DNA of 64,000 bases from assembly GCA_963717505.1 (NCBI GenBank), contig OY970342.1, forward strand, positions 2,784,001 through 2,848,000, read 5' to 3'. The position numbers and the translations under genes are program-made. The number at the start of each line of letters is the position of its first letter. The first letter of the stretch is position 1. Under the pieces are notes generated by a model. The model did not search any database. It saw only the letters and a program-made list of their open reading frames with translations, and was not told where the DNA came from. Shown here piece by piece: positions 51,678 through 60,238 of the stretch. The DNA is from Candidatus Eiseniibacteriota bacterium. GTDB taxonomy: Bacteria; Eisenbacteria; RBG-16-71-46.

Positions 51678-54458
51678 ATGAACCAGCCCCCGACGTCTCC
51701 TGATTCACGTTCGCCCGCGTTTCGACGCGGGGTGATCGTGCTGGTTTCCATCGTCGTTCTGGTGGGCGCCACGATTCCGTCGTGGATCGGCAGCCGTGCG
51801 CCCGATCGCAACGCCGCGGCCGGCATGCTGATCAACGGCCGGCGGGCTCCGGGGCGTCCGGTCCGGATCGGGCAGGTCACGCCGCACGGTCCCGCGTCAC
51901 GCGCCGGCCTGCGTGCGGGCGACACGCTGATCACGATTCAAGGGATCGACGTCGGAGAGTCGGCGCGGTTGCGCGAGCTCGCCGGCCGGGTCCAGGCAGG
52001 GGATTCGCTCCGCTATGAAATCCGGCGCAAGGGCGAGGTGAAGTTCGTTTCCGTTGGGCTCGAGGCGATGCCCGAGCGCGGCGCCGTGCGCTCGGCCATG
52101 TTCCTGGTGGTCGGAGCCGTGTTCATCGTGATCGCCGGCTTCGTGGCCTGGCGCATGCCGTTCGACCCGCGCGCGCTGCTGTTCTTCGGGATCGGCCTGG
52201 CCACCGCGGCCTCGTTGTGGACGACACCGGGGATCCGCATGGCGGAACTGTCGCGCGGCATCGTCCCCGACGAGTTCCTGAGTTCGTCCTCGCTCGCCGC
52301 CGCCATCGTCAGCGCGATCTCCGGAGTCGCGTTCCTCGCGCTCCTCCTGCACTTCGCACTGATCTTCCCGCGCCGAGCCCCGGTGCTGGCGTCACGGCCG
52401 AATTTGATGAGCTGGGCCTACGCCTTCCCGGTCGCGTGCCTGGCTGTGTTTTGCACGCTCATCCTGGTCGGCATGTTCCGGCTGCCCAAGTGGAGCCTGA
52501 TCCCAGCGATGATCGCCGGTGTCGTCGCCGTCGCGGTCAGCGTATGGCAGATCCGATCGGCGGTCGGTCCCTGGTGGAACAGAATCCTCGCGCGGCCCTG
52601 GTGGGTTGTGGCGGCCGCGGTCGGGCTGACCGCGGCCGTGGGCGTCGCGGTTCAGCTGGTCCCGCGCACGTTGACCTTCAGCCGTCCCTTGCGGCTCGCC
52701 TACGGCCTGACCGCCTCCGGAGGCTCCGCCGTCGGCTTCGGGCTGTTCGCGCTCGCGGTTCCGATCCTGGTCACCTGGCTTCTGCTCCAGAGCTATCGAG
52801 CGGCTGGCTTCGAGGAGCGCCAGCAAATCCGGTGGCCGTTGTGGAGCATCATCATCTCCGCAGTCGGCGGCCTGCTCATTTCTGGGTGCTTCGCACTCCT
52901 GGGCCTGTTCGGCGTTCATGCTCTTCAGTACGTTTGGCTCAGCGACCTGGTGACGCTGCCCCTCACCTTGCTGATCCCGATCGGCTTCGCGGTCGGTATC
53001 CTGCGCTACCGGCTGATGGACCTCGACCTCGTCATCCGGCGCACCGCGATCTACGGCGTGGTCACCGCGGTCATGGTCATCCTCTACCTGGGCGTGGTCG
53101 CCGGGATCGGCGGCTGGTTGGCGCAGACCTTTGCCGTGCGCAGCCAATGGATCACGGTCGTCGGCACGCTCGCGGTCGCTGCCGCGTTCGTTCCGGTCCG
53201 GCGTCGCATGCAGGTCGAGATCGATCGCCGGTTCTATCGCACGCGCTACGAGGCGGCCGAGGCCCTGCGCCGCCTCGGCGAGCGGCTGTCCCAGGGCGGC
53301 GACGCGCCGACCCTGGCGCGGGTCGCATGCGAGGAACTGCACCATACGCTCGCGGTGCGCGGCGCTGCGGTCCTGCTGCGCGAGGGCGAGACCCGAACGC
53401 TCGCGGTCGCCGGCATGCTCGGCATCGCCGAAGAAGCGCGCCCGCGACTCACGATGCGCATCGATGGCGATTTCGAGTCGACTCTCGCACGGTCGCGCGT
53501 GATCCCCGCAACCGATATGCGGGGGGAGCCACAGGCCGCGGTACGGGCCGCCCACGCCCGACTCGTCGTCTCGATCCGGCGACCCAGTGGCATCGTCGGC
53601 GTGATCCTGGTCGGGGCGCGTCTCTCGGACGGCGACTTCGAGGAAGCGGATCGCGACTATCTCGAGTCTCTGGCCAACCAGCTGGCGATGGCGATCACCA
53701 ATCTGGGAAGCCCGGCGCGGCGTCGCGAGTTCGAGGAAGCGCGCCAGATTCAGACGCGGCTGCTTCCGCAGACCCTGCCGCGGGTTCCGGGCCTCGAGAT
53801 CGCCGCGCACTGGCAGCCGGCCCAGGAGGTCGCCGGCGACTACTACGACGTGTTGCTGCTCGGCGAGGACCAGGTCGCCCTGTGCATCGCCGACGTCACC
53901 GGCAAGGGCATGCCCGCGGCCCTACTCATGTCGAACTTGCAGGCAAGCGTCAAGACCTTTGCCGGACCAGGGGTTACGCCGCAGGCCCTCTGCGAGCGGA
54001 TCAATCGGGTCATGTCGGACGCAGTCGGTCCGGGCCGGTTCGTGACCTTGTTCTTCGGCGTGTTCGACCTGGTGAGCCGCGAGCTGTGCTACACGAACGC
54101 CGGCCACAATCCGCCGCTCGTGTTGCGAGCCAGTGGGGTCGTCGAAAGCCTCGACGTCGGCGGCACGCTGATGGGTCCATTCGCCAATGCCACCTTTACC
54201 CAGGCTCAAGTGGTGCTGGCGCCCGGCGATCGGCTGGTGCTCTACACCGATGGCGTCACCGAAGCCATGGATCGCAGCGGCGAGTTGTTCGGCGAGGAAC
54301 GCCTGCGCCGTGTCGGACTCGAGGCGGTTGCCGGCGGCGCGCTTCACGTGCAGCAACGCGTGCTGGAGCGGGTCACCGAGTTCTGCGGCGGGGTGTTTCA
54401 GGACGACGCGACGATCCTGGTGGTGGCGGTGGAGGAGCGGGAAGGACCGGTCTCCTGA
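51678..54458 (+). CDS. PDZ + multi-TM + GAF + SpoIIE/PP2C phosphatase
   Basis: PDZ motif GPASRAGLRAGDTL; TM region with ILRYRLMDLD; AGDYYD, ADVTGKG, NAGHNPP, YTDGVTEA and DDAT motifs. Confidence 0.92.
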   Translation: MNQPPTSPDSRSPAFRRGVIVLVSIVVLVGATIPSWIGSRAPDRNAAAGMLINGRRAPGRPVRIGQVTPHGPASRAGLRAGDTLITIQGIDVGESARLRELAGRVQAGDSLRYEIRRKGEVKFVSVGLEAMPERGAVRSAMFLVVGAVFIVIAGFVAWRMPFDPRALLFFGIGLATAASLWTTPGIRMAELSRGIVPDEFLSSSSLAAAIVSAISGVAFLALLLHFALIFPRRAPVLASRPNLMSWAYAFPVACLAVFCTLILVGMFRLPKWSLIPAMIAGVVAVAVSVWQIRSAVGPWWNRILARPWWVVAAAVGLTAAVGVAVQLVPRTLTFSRPLRLAYGLTASGGSAVGFGLFALAVPILVTWLLLQSYRAAGFEERQQIRWPLWSIIISAVGGLLISGCFALLGLFGVHALQYVWLSDLVTLPLTLLIPIGFAVGILRYRLMDLDLVIRRTAIYGVVTAVMVILYLGVVAGIGGWLAQTFAVRSQWITVVGTLAVAAAFVPVRRRMQVEIDRRFYRTRYEAAEALRRLGERLSQGGDAPTLARVACEELHHTLAVRGAAVLLREGETRTLAVAGMLGIAEEARPRLTMRIDGDFESTLARSRVIPATDMRGEPQAAVRAAHARLVVSIRRPSGIVGVILVGARLSDGDFEEADRDYLESLANQLAMAITNLGSPARRREFEEARQIQTRLLPQTLPRVPGLEIAAHWQPAQEVAGDYYDVLLLGEDQVALCIADVTGKGMPAALLMSNLQASVKTFAGPGVTPQALCERINRVMSDAVGPGRFVTLFFGVFDLVSRELCYTNAGHNPPLVLRASGVVESLDVGGTLMGPFANATFTQAQVVLAPGDRLVLYTDGVTEAMDRSGELFGEERLRRVGLEAVAGGALHVQQRVLERVTEFCGGVFQDDATILVVAVEEREGPVS

Positions 54459-56044
54459 TCGCGAACGGCGATCGACCCGCCGCGGCGGCCGGGTCGTCGC
54501 CGCCGCCGAGGTCCGGCGGATGGCGATTGGGGATCGCGGCCGTGGCGCTCGTGGCGCTCGCCTGGTGGCTGGCCCGCGGCAATGCGCCCCCCGGGCCGGG
54601 GTCGGCCGACGATCGGCATGCGCTCTACGACGAACTGGTGCAGAAGACTCTGGCCTGGCAGGCGTTCGCCCCGATCAAGGATCGCGCGCTGGGTATCGAC
54701 TTCGCCCGCGATGCCGAATCGCTGGAGGAAGAGTTCCTGCTCGCGGACACCAACGAGCGGCTGGTTCGCGCCCTGATCAAACTGAGCAATCTGCGGCGCG
54801 ATCGTCACCTGCGCGTCGAACCCGCGCCGGGGGGCATCCTGATCGGCGACGAGACCATGGAGGCGCCGATCCGGTTCCTGCCGGACTACGGCGACTCGAA
54901 CCAGACGCGGTATTTCGTTTCGACGGTCGGGAGCGAGCTCGAACTGTTCGTGGACGTCGAGGTGGCGCCCGGTGATCTCCTGGTGTCGGTGGCCGGCATG
55001 CCGGTGAGCGAGTACCGGCGGCGGATGGACCCCTACCTTCGCTACTCGACGCGCGCCCAGGGCGACTGGGAGTTCGCGCTCGCGCTCAACACCGACGAGT
55101 CGGTCTTCGGCCCCGAGCTGGAACTGGCAGGTGAAGTCACGTACGGACTCGAACATCCGGGCGGAACGGAATACGAGATCACCGTTCCATTCCTCGAGCC
55201 CGATTCGCTGGCCTGGCCGTCTCCGACGCCGCGCCGCTTCCGTGGCTTTCGCCCGGTGTTCGAAACCACGTGCTACCGGCTCTACGAGCCCGACGACGGC
55301 CGTCCGATCGTGCTGATCGACTGGCGTCAGTTCGACATGGTGATGATCCGCACCGATCTCGATTCATTGACCGCATGGGCCACCCGTCACGGCCGGCTCG
55401 GGCACGACGTCATCGTCGACGCCACGCAAAGCGAGGGCGGCGCCTACGCGGACCTGCTGGTGCGCACGTTGGTCGATCGACCGTTCCGCGGAATGATGTG
55501 CAATCTTCGAATCAGCGATCTGCGCGACGAATTGACCCAGAAGGCGATTCGTCACTATGGCGATCCTTCACCACAGGTCGAGTGGTACCGGAACGACGTC
55601 GCCCGCGCCGCGGCCGAGGGCCTTGCGTACACGCCCCCGGCGCCGCTCCGGCTGCACGGTTCGCGCGATGGAATCGTGCAGCCGGCGCCGGTTCACTTCC
55701 GTGGCCGACTCGTGTGCCTGCTCGCCCCGCCCGGTGGCTCGAGCCTGGATCAGTTCGCGTCCCTGGTGATCGACAACCAGCTCGGACACGCGATCGGCAT
55801 GCCGACCTCGGGCTACAGCAATGCCTGGGAGTGGGACGAAGTCGTCCGGTTCCCGACCAACGGACGTCCGGTCGCGCGCTGCTCGTGGTCGGTCGGCTAC
55901 TCGATCCGCCCGAACGGCGAGATCCTCGAGGGCAATCCCGCGCTGCCCCAGGAACGTGTACCCCTGACTCGAGCCAATTTCGCGACCTATCACGACGACC
56001 TGCTCGAGCGCGCCCTCACGTACTTGGCGCGACCGCCCGGCTAG
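54455..56044 (+). CDS. S41-family (tail-specific/tricorn-like) peptidase, membrane-anchored; start uncertain
   Basis: N-terminal TM; PDZ-like GDLLVSVAG; IVDATQSEGG, VCLLAPPGGSSLDQFA, IGMPTSG and GEILEG resemble S41 motifs; probable CTG start overlapping the upstream TGA. Confidence 0.65.
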   Translation: MIANGDRPAAAAGSSPPPRSGGWRLGIAAVALVALAWWLARGNAPPGPGSADDRHALYDELVQKTLAWQAFAPIKDRALGIDFARDAESLEEEFLLADTNERLVRALIKLSNLRRDRHLRVEPAPGGILIGDETMEAPIRFLPDYGDSNQTRYFVSTVGSELELFVDVEVAPGDLLVSVAGMPVSEYRRRMDPYLRYSTRAQGDWEFALALNTDESVFGPELELAGEVTYGLEHPGGTEYEITVPFLEPDSLAWPSPTPRRFRGFRPVFETTCYRLYEPDDGRPIVLIDWRQFDMVMIRTDLDSLTAWATRHGRLGHDVIVDATQSEGGAYADLLVRTLVDRPFRGMMCNLRISDLRDELTQKAIRHYGDPSPQVEWYRNDVARAAAEGLAYTPPAPLRLHGSRDGIVQPAPVHFRGRLVCLLAPPGGSSLDQFASLVIDNQLGHAIGMPTSGYSNAWEWDEVVRFPTNGRPVARCSWSVGYSIRPNGEILEGNPALPQERVPLTRANFATYHDDLLERALTYLARPPG

Positions 56045-56670
56045 GCCTCCTGCATGCCGAACACGCTGGCGGCGACCAGACCGCCGGCAAGTGGACCGAC
56101 CAGATAGATCCACACGTGCGCCAGGCTGCCGCCACCGGTCACCAGGTGCACCAACGTCGGGCCGAGTCCGACGGCGGGATTGAAGGCGCCGCCTGAGAAC
56201 GGTCCGCCGGCAAAGGCCGCCGTGCACACGGTGAACCCGATCGCCAGGCCATAGAAGGAATTGCCGTGGGTGCGCTGCGACACCGCAACGTTGAGCACCA
56301 CCAGCGCGAGCGCGAAGGTGAACAGGAACTCGACCAGCAGGGCCGCCAGCGGCGAGACACCGGGTCCGGGCGCGGGCGAGAAGCCGGCGCCGGTGACGAA
56401 CGCCGAAACCGCGGCCGCCGCGATCGCGCCCAGGAGCTGCACCGCCACATAGCCGCCGAATTCGCTCGGCGTCAGCTTGCCCCGCATCAGGAGCGCAAGA
56501 GACACCGCCGGGTTGTAGTGGGCGCCCGAGATGTGTCCGCCCATGTAGACCATGATCATGAGCGCCGAGCCAATGGCCAGGGCGGCGAGCGGTGTGCCGT
56601 TCGCGACCACGAGCCCGATCGTCAGGACCAGGAAGAATGTGCCGATGAACTCGGTGAGGTAGCGTTTCAT
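56041..56670 (-). CDS. Aquaporin / MIP family channel
   Basis: EFIGTF, ISGAHYNPAV and SGGAFNPAV motifs; GGAGG RBS. Confidence 0.93.
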   Translation of the reverse strand: MKRYLTEFIGTFFLVLTIGLVVANGTPLAALAIGSALMIMVYMGGHISGAHYNPAVSLALLMRGKLTPSEFGGYVAVQLLGAIAAAAVSAFVTGAGFSPAPGPGVSPLAALLVEFLFTFALALVVLNVAVSQRTHGNSFYGLAIGFTVCTAAFAGGPFSGGAFNPAVGLGPTLVHLVTGGGSLAHVWIYLVGPLAGGLVAASVFGMQEA

Positions 56671-56808
56671 GAGGCCTCCGGGTCGAGCGCGGCGTACCCG
56701 CGCGTCGGAGAAGACCCGGCTCGCACCGGGCCGCGCATGGCCGGGCACGATACTCGACGGGGAATGGTTCGGCGAGCGACCCCGGGCCCCACCGGCGGCA
56801 ATCAGGGA

Positions 56809-56837
56809 TTGACGGTGCAGGGGGCGAGTTCTAGCCT
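56809..56837 (+). promoter_or_regulatory. sigma70-like promoter about 300 nt upstream of the S8-like gene
   Basis: TTGACG-N17-TAGCCT. Confidence 0.55.
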
Positions 56838-57144
56838 CACGCGTGCGCACCGCCACCGCGGGGCGCAGAGCGGACCCCGATACCCCGCGCGCCACCACGG
56901 AATGCGGTCCCGGCGATCCGTTCGCGATTCCATGGGGCCGCCCGTGTATCGCAGGCCGTTTCACCTCGAGTGGTTTCGATGCCGCTCGGTCCGCTGGCCG
57001 GATCCCCCGCCGCCCACGAGGACCTCCGCCTCGGTGTGCCTCGGCGCCATGAGCGCTCTTCCCTTCGCGAATCGTTTTCGTGGCCCGGACGTGAAAGGCG
57101 ACTGGGCCGGCAGCATCGGATCTCCTTTCAATGAGAGTGACACC

Positions 57145-58938
57145 ATGAGCCACTTCAAGCATTGGCACCAGGTTCTAGCCGGAGCGCTCGCCATGGGCAC
57201 GATCCTGAGCGGAGTGCTAGCCCCGGCAGCATTGGCTCAGAGCGGACGCCAGAGACTCCCTGCGGACGAAATCACCTACGTCCTCACCGCGGCCGCGTGG
57301 GGCGAGGCGCAGGAAGCGGCGATCGGCGCGGCCGGTGGTTCGGTCCGCACGCGTCACGCCAGCGGTGTTGCCATCGTCACCAGCGAGTCGACCGACTTTC
57401 TCGCTCGAGTAATGAGCAGCGGCGCATTCACCGGAGGTGGTCATAGCTTTGCGTTCACCGCTCCGTCCGGCGACGTGGTGTCCAGCACCGCCGAGGCGGC
57501 CAGCGGACCGATGCTCGATGCCGTCCTGCCGGGCGACGAGTTCTTGATCAACATGCAGTGGTCCCTGACGGCGATCGGCGCTTCGACCGCGTGGGCCGGC
57601 GGCTGGGACGGAACCGGAGTGCGGGTTGCGGTGATCGACGGCGGCATCTACCCCGCTCACGCGGATCTCGATGCCAATCTCGACCTCGCCGCATCGCGCT
57701 CATTCGTGTCGGGCCGCAACATCGGACAGGACAACGTGGGATTCCGGCGCGCGTGTCATCTGGCCGGGATCATTGCCGCCGAGGACAACGCCCTCGGAAC
57801 CGTGGGCGTTGCGCCCCACGCCACGATCATCGTCTGCAAGGTGCTCGACAATGGTCTCGGGACGTTCGACGCGCTGATCGAGGCGATCCTCTACGCCGCG
57901 GACCCGGTTTCAGAGGGGGGCGGCGGCGCCGACATCATCCTGATCGGTTTCGCCAACCCGGTGGATCCGAACACGCCCGAGGGGGACGACCTCAAGGATG
58001 CGTTCAAGCAGGCCGTGCGCCACGCCGCGGACCGCAACGTGCTCGTGATCGGCGGCGTTGGGGATCATGGGCTCGACCTGGACGATCGGGAGAACCCGAT
58101 CTACTTGCCGGGTGAAACTCCGCGCGTGATCGGGGTCTCGGCGACGGCGCCCTCGGGCTTCGCGGTCGGCTATCCCAACGGCAATGCCGACTTCGCGCGT
58201 CCTGCGATCTACACCAACTTCGGTCGCAAGGCCGTGGATCTCGCGGGTCCGGGCGGAGACGACTCGGCGCCGTTCGAGGGTGTCTGTCAGATCCCGCGCG
58301 TGCCGCTGGGGACTCAGACCCTGCCCTGCCCGGTGTTCGACATGGTGGTCGCTCCGGGATTCGTGTCGGGATCGACGCCGGTGTTCAGCTGGTCGCTGGG
58401 AACCGGGGCGGCCGCCGCCCACGTTGCGGCAGTCGCGGCTTTGGTCCGCCAGAAGTATCCGAGTATCCATGTGAACGAATTGCGCGCGCATCTCCTGCGA
58501 ACGGCGGTGGGAGGGCCCGGAAATCTCGAAACTGTCGGCAACGATCCGTACATCGGTCGTGGCCTGGTCCACGCCGGCAACGCGCTGACGGTGCCATTGG
58601 AGGATGCCGCCCCGATCGCAGCTCCCGGAATCCAATCGGTCGCGGCCGGCCGGGTGGGGCCAGCACTTCTCGAGCTCGCGATCGCGCCGCAGCCGGTTCG
58701 GGGGACGACCACCTTCACATTGGTGCTGCCAGAAGCCGGCAGGGCACGGCTCGAGGTGATCGACCTCGCCGGGCGTAATATCGCGGTGGTGTTCGAGGGC
58801 GAGGTGTCCGCGGGTCGCAGGAACGTGACCTGGAATGGGGCGGGCCGCAGCGGTCGCCTGCCGCCGGGTGCCTATTTCGCAAGTCTGTCAGTCGGCGGCG
58901 CGCGCGCGGTGCGGCGTCTGGTGGTGGTCGGCGAGTAA
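57145..58938 (+). CDS. S8 subtilisin-like protein with degenerate catalytic triad and FlgD-Ig-like C-terminal domain
   Basis: Signal peptide; VAVIDGG (Asp retained); FRRACHLAG and LGTGAAAAHV replace the His and Ser motifs; C-terminal PQP...DLAGR...WNG...PPGAYF. Confidence 0.85.
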   Translation: MSHFKHWHQVLAGALAMGTILSGVLAPAALAQSGRQRLPADEITYVLTAAAWGEAQEAAIGAAGGSVRTRHASGVAIVTSESTDFLARVMSSGAFTGGGHSFAFTAPSGDVVSSTAEAASGPMLDAVLPGDEFLINMQWSLTAIGASTAWAGGWDGTGVRVAVIDGGIYPAHADLDANLDLAASRSFVSGRNIGQDNVGFRRACHLAGIIAAEDNALGTVGVAPHATIIVCKVLDNGLGTFDALIEAILYAADPVSEGGGGADIILIGFANPVDPNTPEGDDLKDAFKQAVRHAADRNVLVIGGVGDHGLDLDDRENPIYLPGETPRVIGVSATAPSGFAVGYPNGNADFARPAIYTNFGRKAVDLAGPGGDDSAPFEGVCQIPRVPLGTQTLPCPVFDMVVAPGFVSGSTPVFSWSLGTGAAAAHVAAVAALVRQKYPSIHVNELRAHLLRTAVGGPGNLETVGNDPYIGRGLVHAGNALTVPLEDAAPIAAPGIQSVAAGRVGPALLELAIAPQPVRGTTTFTLVLPEAGRARLEVIDLAGRNIAVVFEGEVSAGRRNVTWNGAGRSGRLPPGAYFASLSVGGARAVRRLVVVGE

Positions 58939-58955
58939 CTCACGGCGCCGAAAAT

Positions 58956-58983
58956 ACGGGCCGGGCGGGGACGCCCGGCCCGT
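58956..58983. terminator. Hairpin terminator between convergent genes
   Basis: ACGGGCCGGGCG-GGGA-CGCCCGGCCCGT (12-bp perfect stem); the adjacent AAAAT gives a U-tract on the minus strand. Confidence 0.75.
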
Positions 58984-59009
58984 GCTTCATGAGAACGAGG
59001 TTGACGATG

Positions 59010-60212
59010 CTAGCGGTTGGCCGAGGTGCCGGGCACCGAGAGATCGGTGATCGCCGCCGGTGGCGTCGTGTCGGGGGTGGGGCCACCGCCACCACCACCG
59101 ACTGTGCGCGGGTCCCAGGTCGTGTCGATGACCAGGCCCATGGCGTTGGCCACGTGCTGCCAGGGAATGTACTTGTGGTTGGACGCCGAGCCGCCGGAAT
59201 TCGATGAATCGTGCACCACCAGGAGTCCCTGTGGGAATCCGGAACCCATCGGGAAGTTGGTCACGTCGAGGCCGTCGGTGCCGCTCACCGCGTCGATGCT
59301 CCCGTTGGCGACGACGTTGAAGCTCCCGATGTACGCGTTGGCGTTCTGGCGATGGTAGACGTAGAAGCGACTGTTGCCCTGGCTCGAGACCACGAGATAG
59401 CCGTTGCCGTTGCTGGTGTAGTAGAGGCCCAGGCCTTCGACGTCGGCCACCAGGTTGCCGCCCGATCCGGTGCGGTCGACCTGGACACGGGTCGAGCCAT
59501 CGCCCGGCTCGGCGCCGTAGCGGTAGACGCCGACCGCCTCCTCGCCAATGAAGAACTGGGCGTGGACGTCGTCGGCCACTGAACCCTCGGTCTGACCGCC
59601 GACGTCGAACGACCGTACCATGGTTCCGCTGACGTTGCCGCCGCCCGCGTCCTGCAGCTCGTACTGCTGGCAGACGCCGGACTTGGCGTTGGCGAAGTAG
59701 TAGTACTTGCCCGTGGTCGGGCTGACGTACATGCAGCCGCCGTAGGGTTCGAGGCTGGCCGCCGTGGTGATGCTGCCCGCCGGCTCGAGCTGCCGCGTCG
59801 TGGGATTGACCTTGAAGCAGTCGAGCTGTCGGTTGATCTCGTCGTTGACCACTACCAGGGCGACTCGCGTGTGCGCGCCACCGCCACCGCTGAAGTTGCC
59901 GGCCAGCGGGAAGTTGTACCGCAGATCGAGGTTGTTGTAGTTCGTGCCCTCGATGTACTGAAGTTCGACGCCGTCGAGCCCATAGACCATCAAGCCGCCG
60001 CCCTTGTCGTCGCCGATCACCAGACTGAGCGACGGGTCGGTCGGATGGATCCAGATCGAGCTGTCGTCGGCGTTGTCGCCGGAATGGTGCGCGGGTCCGG
60101 TTTCGACCGTCGGCTGAACCGAAGCATCCTGTGCGAAAGCGACGCCGTGTAGGCCGCCCGAGAGGCCGGCGACCACCAGGAAGGCAAGAAGCCAGGTTCG
60201 GTGGCGTCGCAT
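59010..60212 (-). CDS. Beta-propeller phytase, secreted
   Basis: DNADDSSIWIHP, NNLDLRY, EPYG, QTEGSVADD, ADVEGL, SSQGN and TDGLDV motifs; signal peptide; AAGAGGA RBS. Confidence 0.9.
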   Translation of the reverse strand: MRRHRTWLLAFLVVAGLSGGLHGVAFAQDASVQPTVETGPAHHSGDNADDSSIWIHPTDPSLSLVIGDDKGGGLMVYGLDGVELQYIEGTNYNNLDLRYNFPLAGNFSGGGGAHTRVALVVVNDEINRQLDCFKVNPTTRQLEPAGSITTAASLEPYGGCMYVSPTTGKYYYFANAKSGVCQQYELQDAGGGNVSGTMVRSFDVGGQTEGSVADDVHAQFFIGEEAVGVYRYGAEPGDGSTRVQVDRTGSGGNLVADVEGLGLYYTSNGNGYLVVSSQGNSRFYVYHRQNANAYIGSFNVVANGSIDAVSGTDGLDVTNFPMGSGFPQGLLVVHDSSNSGGSASNHKYIPWQHVANAMGLVIDTTWDPRTVGGGGGGPTPDTTPPAAITDLSVPGTSANR

Positions 60213-60238
60213 CGTGTCGTTCCTCTTGGGCCTGATGG

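Noticed and set aside
52217-54454. N-terminal ~750 aa of the 1275-aa ORF
   Set aside because: Arg/Gly/Pro-rich off-frame overlap of the PP2C gene, typical of high-GC DNA; only the part from about 54455 looks coding.
56844-57144. Known riboswitch (c-di-GMP, cobalamin, TPP, SAM)
   Set aside because: No recognisable consensus elements; reported only as an unexplained long leader.
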